DNA of 8,509 nucleotides from a virus (Duplodnaviria; Heunggongvirae; Uroviricota; Caudoviricetes): IMG/VR virus record IMGVR_UViG_2541047122_000023; one strand, 5' to 3'. Shown piece by piece: positions 1 to 5,871 of this stretch (position 1 is its first letter; each line of letters starts with the position of its first letter). The notes under the pieces were generated by a model. It saw only the letters and a program-made list of their open reading frames with translations, ran no database searches and was not told where the DNA came from. The position numbers and the translations under genes were made by a program.

Positions 1-135
1 GCAGCCAAAATTTGTGGCGGCGCAGAAAATGTGGTTAAAACAGAAACCCAGCAAACATTCGTAAATGGATTGCTCGGTTTTATTACTTTAGGCATTTATA
101 CTCCGCTGGAAGCGCGGGTGTATTGCTCACAATAA
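1..135 (+). CDS. bor: Bor-family outer-membrane lipoprotein, C-terminal 44 codons only (5' end outside window)
   Basis: Frame +1 from base 1 reads AAKICGGAENVVKTETQQTFVNGLLGFITLGIYTPLEARVYCSQ, then TAA at 133-135. This matches my recollection of the lambda Bor C-terminus, and the gene is convergent with Rz as in lambda. Identity is by recall, not search. Confidence 0.8.
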   Translation, partial: AAKICGGAENVVKTETQQTFVNGLLGFITLGIYTPLEARVYCSQ

Positions 136-143
136 TTGCATGA

Positions 144-165
144 GTTGCCCATCGATATGGGCAGC
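144..165. terminator. Inverted repeat between convergent bor and Rz; possible bidirectional transcript-end hairpin
   Basis: TGCCCAT-cgat-ATGGGCA (146-163) forms a 7-bp stem with a 4-nt loop, extendable by g144:c165. It sits in the 31-bp gap between the bor stop (133-135) and the Rz stop (167-169). No clear U-run, so terminator function is uncertain. Confidence 0.35.
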
Positions 166-166
166 G

Positions 167-628
167 CTATCTGCACTGCTCATTAATATACTTCTGGGTT
201 CCTTCCAGTTGTTTTTGCATAGTGATCAGCCTCTCTCTGAGGGTGAAATAATCCCGTTCAGCGGTGTCTGCCAGTCGGGGGGAGGCTGCATTATCCACGC
301 CGGAGGCGGTGGTGGCTTCACGCACTGACTGACAGACTGCTTTGATGTGCAACCGACGACGACCAGCGGCAACATCATCATGCAGAGCATCATTTTCAGC
401 TTTCGCATCAGCTAACTCCTTCGTGTATTTTGCATCGAGCGCAGCAACATCACGCTGACGCATCTGCATGTCAGTAATTGTCGAGTTCGCCAGCTTCAGT
501 TCTCTGGCATTTTTGTCGCGCTGGGCTTTGTAGGTAATGGCGTTATCGCGGTAATGATTAACAGCCCATGACAAGCAAACGATGATGCAGATAACCAGAG
601 CGGAAATAATCGCGGTTACTCTGCTCAT
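167..628 (-). CDS. Rz: Rz i-spanin (inner-membrane spanin subunit), 153 aa
   Basis: Protein [47 protein letters not shown]... is near-identical to my recollection of lambda Rz. ATG at 628-626 overlaps the R stop in an ATGA arrangement. N-terminal TM segment, coiled-coil-like body. Confidence 0.93.
   Translation of the reverse strand: MSRVTAIISALVICIIVCLSWAVNHYRDNAITYKAQRDKNARELKLANSTITDMQMRQRDVAALDAKYTKELADAKAENDALHDDVAAGRRRLHIKAVCQSVREATTASGVDNAASPRLADTAERDYFTLRERLITMQKQLEGTQKYINEQCR
226..408 (-). CDS. Rz1: Rz1 o-spanin lipoprotein, 60 aa, embedded out of frame inside Rz
   Basis: [24 protein letters not shown]... has a lipoprotein signal with lipobox VVGC and a proline-rich body ([13 protein letters not shown]), closely matching recalled lambda Rz1. 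Strong SD (AAGGAG) precedes the ATG at 408-406. Entirely contained in the Rz gene in another frame. Confidence 0.9.
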   Translation of the reverse strand: MRKLKMMLCMMMLPLVVVGCTSKQSVSQCVKPPPPPAWIMQPPPDWQTPLNGIISPSERG

Positions 629-1101
629 ACCTCAATCTCTCTGACCGTTCCGCCTGCTTCTTTGAATTTTGCAATCAGGCTGTCAGCCTTATGCTCGAAC
701 TGACCGTAACCAGCGCCCGGCAGTGAAGCCCAGATATTACTGCAACGGTCGATTGCCTGACGGATATCACCGCGATCAATCATAGGTAAAGCACCACGTT
801 CTTTAATCTGCTGCAATGCCACAGCGTCCTGGCTTTTGGGGGAGAAGTCTTTCAAACCAAGCTGTTTACGGTAAGCATCCCACCAGCGTGAAAGAAGCTG
901 ATAACGTCCGGCGGCTGTTGATTTGAGTTTGGGGTTTAGCGTGACAAGTTTGCGAGGGTGATCGGAGTAATCAGTGAAGAGTTCACCACCGACAATAACG
1001 TCATAACCGTGGTTACGTGTCGGTTGTCGTCCGTTATCCGTTCCTTCTGACCAAGCCACCATATCAAGGAAAGCTTTACGCTGGGAATTTAGTACCTGCA
1101 T
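625..1101 (-). CDS. R: Endolysin, lambda R-type lytic transglycosylase, 158 aa
   Basis: [53 protein letters not shown]... is highly similar to recalled lambda R, including the catalytic WSEGT region. ATG at 1101-1099; stop overlaps the Rz start. Confidence 0.93.
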   Translation of the reverse strand: MQVLNSQRKAFLDMVAWSEGTDNGRQPTRNHGYDVIVGGELFTDYSDHPRKLVTLNPKLKSTAAGRYQLLSRWWDAYRKQLGLKDFSPKSQDAVALQQIKERGALPMIDRGDIRQAIDRCSNIWASLPGAGYGQFEHKADSLIAKFKEAGGTVREIEV

Positions 1102-1104
1102 AAA

Positions 1105-1440
1105 TTACTCCTTAGAGCCACCAAATTTGTTACCGATTACTCGCATTGCAGCCCCACGAATAGCATCGACACCGATCAGCCCCACCCCACCACCAATGGC
1201 AACAGAAAGTGATTTAGGCCATCCGACATACTCAAGAGCGGATGCAAAGGTCAGCGTCAGAGCGCCACATAGCAAAATCTCGAGCGTTTTTCGCTTCCAG
1301 CCACCACCACCGCCAAAATAGGCGATGCGCAAACCAGCCATAACGATCGACATAATCACTGCACCCAGCGGTGTGTCTCCACGCCACCAGCTCTGAAACA
1401 ACTCCAGCCAGTCCGGCCAGGTATTTGGGTTATGAGGCAT
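1105..1440 (-). CDS. Putative holin (not lambda S-like), 111 aa from ATG at 1440; alternative GTG start at 1536 would give 143 aa
   Basis: Sits immediately upstream of the endolysin (3-nt gap) in the lysis-cassette position. Three hydrophobic glycine-rich segments (LGAVIMSIVMAGLRIAYF, LEILLCGALTLTFASALEYV, LSVAIGGGVGLIGVDAI) are consistent with a multi-TMD holin. Start at 1440 is preferred because the upstream extension would include a terminator hairpin and its U-tract; GAGGTGAGAG lies 9 nt before that ATG. The GTG at 1536 also has a good SD (AAGAGG), so the start is unresolved. No recalled homolog; function is by position and hydropathy only. Confidence 0.6.
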   Translation of the reverse strand: MPHNPNTWPDWLELFQSWWRGDTPLGAVIMSIVMAGLRIAYFGGGGGWKRKTLEILLCGALTLTFASALEYVGWPKSLSVAIGGGVGLIGVDAIRGAAMRVIGNKFGGSKE

Positions 1441-1480
1441 TTCGTCATCTCTCACCTCGCGATATTTGCGGGTGCTGTGT

Positions 1481-1509
1481 TGGAAATAAAAAGGCCACGC
1501 AACGTGGCC
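1481..1509 (-). terminator. Intrinsic terminator immediately upstream of the lysis cassette (minus strand)
   Basis: GGCCACG-caa-CGTGGCC (1493-1509) is a 7-bp GC-rich stem with a 3-nt loop. On the minus strand it is followed directly by TTTTTATTTCC (complement of 1492-1482). Confidence 0.55.
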
Positions 1510-1576
1510 ACCAGAATTATTTCCCCACCAGTTCACTTACCTCTTTCACCGTCTGATTAAACCGCTCTGACTCAAG

Positions 1577-1891
1577 TTAAACACCTAACGCCCGACGCCC
1601 CAGCGCCATTGCTGCTTTTATTGTGGAACCGAATCCCATAAAGAAATCAGCAACCAGATCACCAGGTCGACTACTGGCATTGATTATTTGCCTGAGCATA
1701 TCCGCCGGTTTCTCGCACGGATGTTTACCCGGGTAGAACTGAACGGGCTTATGCGTCCTGACATCGGTATAAGGCACGGAGACTGATACGGAGAAATAGC
1801 GCCGGTGAGATTTAAACTCATCCAGCAATTCAGAAGATTTGCAATTCAGTGAATCATGAGATACCACCAACTGGTGGTAGGATTGTCTCAA
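1577..1891 (-). pseudogene. Remnant of a DNA N6/N4 methyltransferase gene (C-terminal catalytic-domain fragment only)
   Basis: Translation contains ...KPVQFYPGKHPCEKPADMLRQIINASSRPGDLVADFFMGFGSTIKAAMALGRRALGV, matching the conserved C-terminal HPxxKP ... DPFxGSGTT ... GRxxIG block of N6_N4 methyltransferases. There is no upstream DPPY-type motif; the frame begins at a TTG right after an in-frame TAG (1892-1894) with no ATG, and the protein ends abruptly after GRRALGV. Homology stops exactly where the AT-rich insert begins. Confidence 0.55.
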
Positions 1892-2060
1892 CTAGTGAGC
1901 TTTATACATTTAAGTGCGATGCACAGATAATAACCACGCCAATGGAATATCACACACAAAATTGATAGAACACTAACAATAAGCCACAAAATAATTCACA
2001 ATTTATTTTTACAGTGGATAAGTAGCAAAGTAGTGAATGTGAATAACGGCTAACTAAGAT

Positions 2061-2089
2061 GAAACAAAAAGCCCCACAATATGTGGGGC
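2061..2089 (-). terminator. Intrinsic terminator downstream of the two-gene AT-rich cassette (minus strand)
   Basis: GCCCCACA-ata-TGTGGGGC (2071-2089) is an 8-bp stem. On the minus strand it is followed by TTTTTGTTTC (complement of 2070-2061). It lies 60 nt past the stop of the 61-aa gene. Confidence 0.6.
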
Positions 2090-2148
2090 TCCTTCGCGAT
2101 TTATAGTAAAATAATCGATTCTCTAGCTGAAAAAATCTTTAAAAATTA

Positions 2149-2334
2149 TCAGCAATACGCAAGTTTTTTACCGTCATCCGGTACTAGTTTGATCACTACA
2201 CCAGGATTCTTACGCTCTAACATCTGAGTTTGACTCCATGTAATACCAAAGGTTTCCATTGGAGATGCATTGCCAGCAAAGAGTTCGGCGACGACTTTAG
2301 CTGCCTCAATCTCTATCTGCTCATGATGTTTCAT
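2149..2334 (-). CDS. Hypothetical small protein, 61 aa (MKHHEQIEIEAAKVVAELFAGNASPMETFGITWSQTQMLERKNPGVVIKLVPDDGKKLAYC)
   Basis: ATG at 2334-2332 is preceded by a strong SD (AAGGGG, 5-nt spacer); the longer 77-aa ORF from 2382 lacks this. Followed by an intrinsic terminator. AT-rich codon usage like the neighbouring 180-aa gene. No recognisable family by recall. Confidence 0.5.
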   Translation of the reverse strand: MKHHEQIEIEAAKVVAELFAGNASPMETFGITWSQTQMLERKNPGVVIKLVPDDGKKLAYC

Positions 2335-2525
2335 AAAAATCCCCTTGTTCAGCACTAAGCTGTAGTTGCTTCTTTGAAGCATAAAGGCAACAAAGTTTGT
2401 TACCTGAAGATGTATAAAGTAAAGCGTAGTACATTTTGTGTGTGCTTTGTGTGGATCCAGATTGCATCAACTAAAAGAGGTTTTCAATACTTTTGTAATG
2501 ATTCTGGAGAAATTAAGAATCTAAC

Positions 2526-3068
2526 TCACACTGATTGGTTAGGTAAAACGCTCCTAAGCACCATTGCGCAACCACCTCGTTCGTAATCAGCAATGTACTC
2601 AAAACCACTTTCAGTATAGTATCTTATTGCCCCATCAACTGGACTAACTAAAGCTATCGAATCAATAGATTCACCCTGAAGGTTCAGAAATCGTGCATAT
2701 GCAGAGAAGCAATCCAAAACGATACCAAGCATCTGATGGTCTAGGTCTTCATGTGCATCATTACGTTTTTCCATCCAGCAAATATGCACCGCATTTTTCG
2801 GCTTACAGTAACACCCAAATGCAAATCCAATAGGCTCCCCACGATAATAAACAACTAGTTTTATCGGGTGTTCTTCCATCATATCCATAAACACTCGCGA
2901 CTTTAGTCCGGGATCCCACCGCAGTTTATTGTTAGCCTTGAGGAACTCCATATCTTTTAGTACCAGCTCGTCGGCATATACGAGCCCTAACGACTTATGA
3001 GGGAAGCGCCCTTTTAAATACTCTGCAACATTTTTAAATACTGCTGTTTGGAAGGCTTGAAACATCAT
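2526..3068 (-). CDS. Hypothetical protein, 180 aa, with a possible GNAT-like acyltransferase core in the C-terminal half
   Basis: Clean 180-codon ORF starting ATG ATG at 3068. The C-terminal half shows a pattern reminiscent of the GNAT fold: hydrophobic strand IKLVVYYRGEPIGFAFG, then HQMLGIVLDCFSAYARFL (a QxxGxx-like stretch), then GAIRYYTESGFEYI (resembling GNAT motif B ending in GF). Assignment is from motif-level resemblance only. AT-rich relative to flanking phage genes. Confidence 0.55.
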   Translation of the reverse strand: MMFQAFQTAVFKNVAEYLKGRFPHKSLGLVYADELVLKDMEFLKANNKLRWDPGLKSRVFMDMMEEHPIKLVVYYRGEPIGFAFGCYCKPKNAVHICWMEKRNDAHEDLDHQMLGIVLDCFSAYARFLNLQGESIDSIALVSPVDGAIRYYTESGFEYIADYERGGCAMVLRSVLPNQSV

Positions 3069-3095
3069 GTCGATCCAGACGAGACGAAAGTTTAA

Positions 3096-3125
3096 ATTCT
3101 ACCTACTCGCCGAATACCATTTCAA
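3096..3125 (-). promoter_or_regulatory. Candidate sigma70 promoter for the AT-rich cassette
   Basis: On the minus strand: TTGAAA (3125-3120), 18-nt spacer, TAGAAT (3101-3096). Predicted start near 3088, about 20 nt upstream of the ATG at 3068. Hand-identified; no scoring matrix applied. Confidence 0.35.
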
Positions 3126-3146
3126 TGCCACACATCTAAAATTCCG

Positions 3147-3172
3147 AAAAAAAACCCGCACATCAGCGGGTT
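3147..3172 (-). terminator. tR'-like intrinsic terminator just downstream of Q and the late promoter; potentially bidirectional
   Basis: AACCCGC-acatca-GCGGGTT (3153-3172) is a 7-bp stem. On the minus strand it is followed by a run of at least 6 T (complement of 3152-3147); on the plus strand it is followed by TTCTACTTTTTAT. Position relative to Q mirrors the lambda pR'-tR' arrangement. Confidence 0.6.
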
Positions 3173-3219
3173 TTCTACTTTTTATTAAAGCCGGACACAC
3201 AATGCCTATCATTGAGAAA

Positions 3220-3248
3220 ATATTATCCATTTTTTTTGAAAAATGCAA
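3220..3248 (-). promoter_or_regulatory. Candidate late promoter (pR'-like) immediately downstream of Q
   Basis: On the minus strand: TTGCAT (3248-3243), 17-nt spacer, TAATAT (3225-3220). It lies 30-60 nt past the Q stop and about 50 nt before the tR'-like hairpin, consistent with a short Q-modifiable late leader transcript. The Q-binding site cannot be identified by eye. Confidence 0.35.
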
Positions 3249-3279
3249 GCATCATGTCGCCATTTTCGTCGAAAATCAT

Positions 3280-4032
3280 TCATCTCGTCACTTTCCTCAA
3301 TTGTGTCTCAGCATACGCTTCTTCCTGCCAGCACTTTGTAACCAGTTTATCAATGACATCTGCATATCCTTTGTACCACTGATAATCCGTCAGGTCTGGT
3401 ACCAGCTTCTGGACATGAAGCCGCGCCAGTGTGGTTGGTAAACGGCTAAACCGGTTTCCATTGCAACGCCCACAAACCTTATAAACAGGCGTGCCATGAA
3501 GCCTGGTTCTTTTTTCATCCAGGACAATACCTTTACCCTTACACCCTCTGCACGCTGTGCTGACTTCTCCCTTACCATGACAATGCTGACACAGTTCCTT
3601 CACCCACTCTTCCTTGATAACAGATTCCCCGCTTCTGGAGTGTTTCACCACCTCGCGCAATACATCATGAAATCCAGTACCAGCACAATGCTCACAGCGA
3701 GCCTTACTTGCCGCAGACCTGGAATAATCAGCAAAGGCAAAATTCACAAGGTAAGGAATGATCTGTAGCCGGGTTTCTTCACTCAATTTGTTCAATGTCG
3801 GGTTATCCAGTGCCATCGCGTAATTGAGCAGACCTTCAATCGCAAACTGAGGATCCTGAACACCAACTTTTGCCAGGAATAAGGCAAACCCAAGCGGTGC
3901 TTTCGACTGCACCATCCCCTGCGCAGCCATTACATCCGTAATTGTTAAACCACCAGAGCCTGTCGCCGGTGCGTCATCGCTCAATTTTGGAGATTTTGGG
4001 GAGTAATATTTCGGTAAGGCTTCAAAGTTCAT
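3280..4032 (-). CDS. Q: Late-gene antitermination protein Q (QuuQ/phage-82-like type), 250 aa
   Basis: MNFEALPKYYSPKSPKLSDDAPATG...CEHCAGTGF...CQHCHGKGE...CRGCKGKGI...CGRCNGNRF... closely matches my recollection of the E. coli Qin prophage antiterminator QuuQ (250 aa). ATG at 4032 with SD GGAG 8 nt upstream. Located directly upstream of the promoter/terminator pair and lysis genes. Confidence 0.85.
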   Translation of the reverse strand: MNFEALPKYYSPKSPKLSDDAPATGSGGLTITDVMAAQGMVQSKAPLGFALFLAKVGVQDPQFAIEGLLNYAMALDNPTLNKLSEETRLQIIPYLVNFAFADYSRSAASKARCEHCAGTGFHDVLREVVKHSRSGESVIKEEWVKELCQHCHGKGEVSTACRGCKGKGIVLDEKRTRLHGTPVYKVCGRCNGNRFSRLPTTLARLHVQKLVPDLTDYQWYKGYADVIDKLVTKCWQEEAYAETQLRKVTR

Positions 4033-4045
4033 GCTCGTTCTCCAC

Positions 4046-5041
4046 TTACGCCAGTACGCCTATTGCCAGCGCACGATCGATAAAACGAAATATCAGCTCC
4101 AGCTGGGAGCCATACTTCTCTTCAAATGCCACGGTATCCGCATGCAGCTCGTCGTGATGCTTTCTGCACAAAGGCAACACAAAGAGGTCATGCGCTTTTG
4201 TACCCATTCCTCCCTGACCGTGACCTATCAGGTGGTGGGGATCATCAGCAGGCTTTCCACAACATGCACACGGCTGTGTCTTAACCCAGCGCGTGTACTT
4301 TTCATTAACCCAGCGGCGACGTTTTGGGCGTAACATAAAAGACTCCGGCGACTCAGGATCCACTTTCAGCGCCAGCACCTTTTTCGCTTTATCCTGGATG
4401 ATGCTGGTGGCAGGAACCGAAGGCACAAGGTCACTTTCCCGGGTAACAGACGGCACAACAGGCTTCGGTAATCTAAGTGCCTTACGGGCTGCACTTTCCG
4501 GTAAGGCATCCGCCAGGTCATTACGAATCAGCCACCAGCACAGTTCCGGCATTGTCACAACGTGACTGTCATCAAAACCGAGATCCCGACGCACAACAGA
4601 CAACACCCAGCGGGCACAGTTATCCGTTGCCATTGATTCCAGCCGTTCCGTGAACTGATCGCGCAGCTGGTTATCGCAGTGCCAGCACAGACGGATTGCG
4701 CCCGGAGCGTGTCGCATTGTGGTCATGTTCTCGCTGTGCCAGTCGGAATGAGGCCACTGGCAGCCTTTTTCACGAAGTAACCAGCTTTCAAGACATTCCA
4801 CGCCACCAGCACGACGGATCACTGCCTCATTGCGGAACACGGCCCGAACGGCAGGATCATCCGCCAGCGGTTGTGATGCCGCCGGAACGGCACCACTGGC
4901 GAAAGATGAATAACGTTCCGGCTCAGGCTCCAGCAGGACACGCCCCTGCATAAACAGGGGCATCAGCTCTGAACCTGGCCTGAACAATACGATCCCCATA
5001 CGCGGGGCAATTTCAGGAGTCAGTAGTGCTCTCACGGTCAC
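4046..5041 (-). CDS. DUF968/YdfU-like prophage protein, 331 aa, with a C-terminal Cys/His cluster
   Basis: Long ORF immediately upstream of Q, as ydfU is in Qin. C-terminal CACCGKPADDPHHLIGHGQGGMGTKAHDLFVLPLCRKHHDELH resembles a metal-binding HNH-like motif. The annotated start is GTG at 5041, directly after the upstream stop; the true start is uncertain. Confidence 0.75.
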   Translation of the reverse strand: MTVRALLTPEIAPRMGIVLFRPGSELMPLFMQGRVLLEPEPERYSSFASGAVPAASQPLADDPAVRAVFRNEAVIRRAGGVECLESWLLREKGCQWPHSDWHSENMTTMRHAPGAIRLCWHCDNQLRDQFTERLESMATDNCARWVLSVVRRDLGFDDSHVVTMPELCWWLIRNDLADALPESAARKALRLPKPVVPSVTRESDLVPSVPATSIIQDKAKKVLALKVDPESPESFMLRPKRRRWVNEKYTRWVKTQPCACCGKPADDPHHLIGHGQGGMGTKAHDLFVLPLCRKHHDELHADTVAFEEKYGSQLELIFRFIDRALAIGVLA

Positions 5042-5042
5042 C

Positions 5043-5852
5043 TCAATGAACGGTATCGAGCAGCTTTAACAGCTCAGGGAATCGGGATTCGAAGAAATGC
5101 GGCTGCGTCTCGCGCGGATTTGCGGGACTGGTGATGTTCTTGCCGAACATGCAGCCTTTCGCTGTCAGCGACCAGAATTTTTTGATGTTGTTAATCGCAG
5201 TGCGGCTGTATCGTTCACGTTGTTCAACGATCCCCAGCTTCGCCATCTGGTGATATGCCTGATTAGCTGTCAGGCGGATACCATACTGCTTCAGCAGTGC
5301 ACTCAATGATAGCGTGGGGCGGCTTGAGCCATCAGGCGCGTCAGCAGGAGCATCAATGGCATAGCGCGGTGCCAGATTCGGTAAGCCAACAGCCTCCTGG
5401 AGTTTCTGACAGGCACCAAGCACTGAAGAGTTAGACAGGTTTAACTCCCGGCGCATAAAGTCCAGCAGGATCACGCCAGCCTGCATCTTGTCAGCAGCCT
5501 GTCCGGATAATTTTTCCGGTGCGCTGGTTACCATATCGAAAGTACGGATCACCTTCAGATGGAATGACGGGCTGATCCACATTGCATAGGCATACACCAG
5601 TTCCTTGCAGACATACGTTCCCCGTTCATTTCCCCCATGAATCACACTCACCGGGTCAACACCCAAATTCTGGGTGTTGGTCAATTCATGAACAAGCTCA
5701 ACAGTTTGTTGGCTGGAAAGAAACTTTCCCGGCTCCTTGGTTCTGGCATTTGCACCAGATGCTACTGCTGCGCGATGCAGATCGTTCAGGCTGTAACGCC
5801 CATAAGCATCACGACGAACTTCAATACCATCAATGACCATCAGATTATTCAT
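5043..5852 (-). CDS. KilA-N domain protein (Roi/antirepressor-like), 269 aa
   Basis: N-terminal ~100 aa (MNNLMVIDGIEVRRDAYGRYSLNDLHRAAV...GTYVCKELVYAYAMWISPSFHLKVIRTFD) fit the KilA-N/APSES-type DNA-binding domain pattern found in Roi-like proteins of lambdoid nin regions. ATG at 5852 with a strong SD (AGGAG). Confidence 0.7.
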   Translation of the reverse strand: MNNLMVIDGIEVRRDAYGRYSLNDLHRAAVASGANARTKEPGKFLSSQQTVELVHELTNTQNLGVDPVSVIHGGNERGTYVCKELVYAYAMWISPSFHLKVIRTFDMVTSAPEKLSGQAADKMQAGVILLDFMRRELNLSNSSVLGACQKLQEAVGLPNLAPRYAIDAPADAPDGSSRPTLSLSALLKQYGIRLTANQAYHQMAKLGIVEQRERYSRTAINNIKKFWSLTAKGCMFGKNITSPANPRETQPHFFESRFPELLKLLDTVH

Positions 5853-5871
5853 ACTTCGTTTCTCCTCTTAA

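Noticed and set aside
140-328. Plus-strand 62-aa ORF overlapping Rz and Rz1
   Set aside because: Lies entirely antisense within the well-supported Rz/Rz1 genes and has no convincing RBS; most likely a chance ORF.
1127-1321. Plus-strand 64-aa ORF antisense to the holin gene
   Set aside because: Proline-rich low-complexity translation of the antisense strand of glycine-rich holin codons; no independent support.
1105-1536. 143-aa long form of the holin ORF as the primary gene model
   Set aside because: The N-terminal extension would be translated through the terminator hairpin and its U-tract (giving ...GGHVAWPFYF...) and begins with GTG. The internal ATG at 1440 gives a compact holin-like protein. 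Kept only as an alternative because the GTG has a good SD.
1892-2148. Possible tRNA genes in the Q-to-lysis interval, as found in many lambdoid and Stx phages
   Set aside because: The non-coding stretch is AT-rich and shows no cloverleaf-compatible sequence (no GGTTCGA-type T-arm or acceptor-stem complementarity) by eye. A tRNA-scanning run would be needed to exclude it formally.
2149-2382. 77-aa long form of the small cassette ORF
   Set aside because: The internal ATG at 2334 has a strong AAGGGG SD while the upstream ATG at 2382 does not; the 61-aa model is preferred.
2374-2586. Plus-strand 70-aa ORF in the spacer between the two cassette genes
   Set aside because: Its start is a TTG, the product is lysine/cysteine-rich and low-complexity as expected from AT-rich non-coding DNA, and it overlaps the 3' end of the 180-aa gene on the opposite strand.
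3067-3441. Plus-strand 124-aa ORF spanning the promoter/terminator region and the 3' end of Q
   Set aside because: Runs antisense through the Q gene and across the tR'-like hairpin and AT-rich promoter region; no RBS; considered spurious.
3390-3768. Short ORFs inside the Q gene (62 aa minus strand in another frame, 90 aa plus strand)
   Set aside because: Fully nested within the strongly supported Q coding sequence, with no independent signal.
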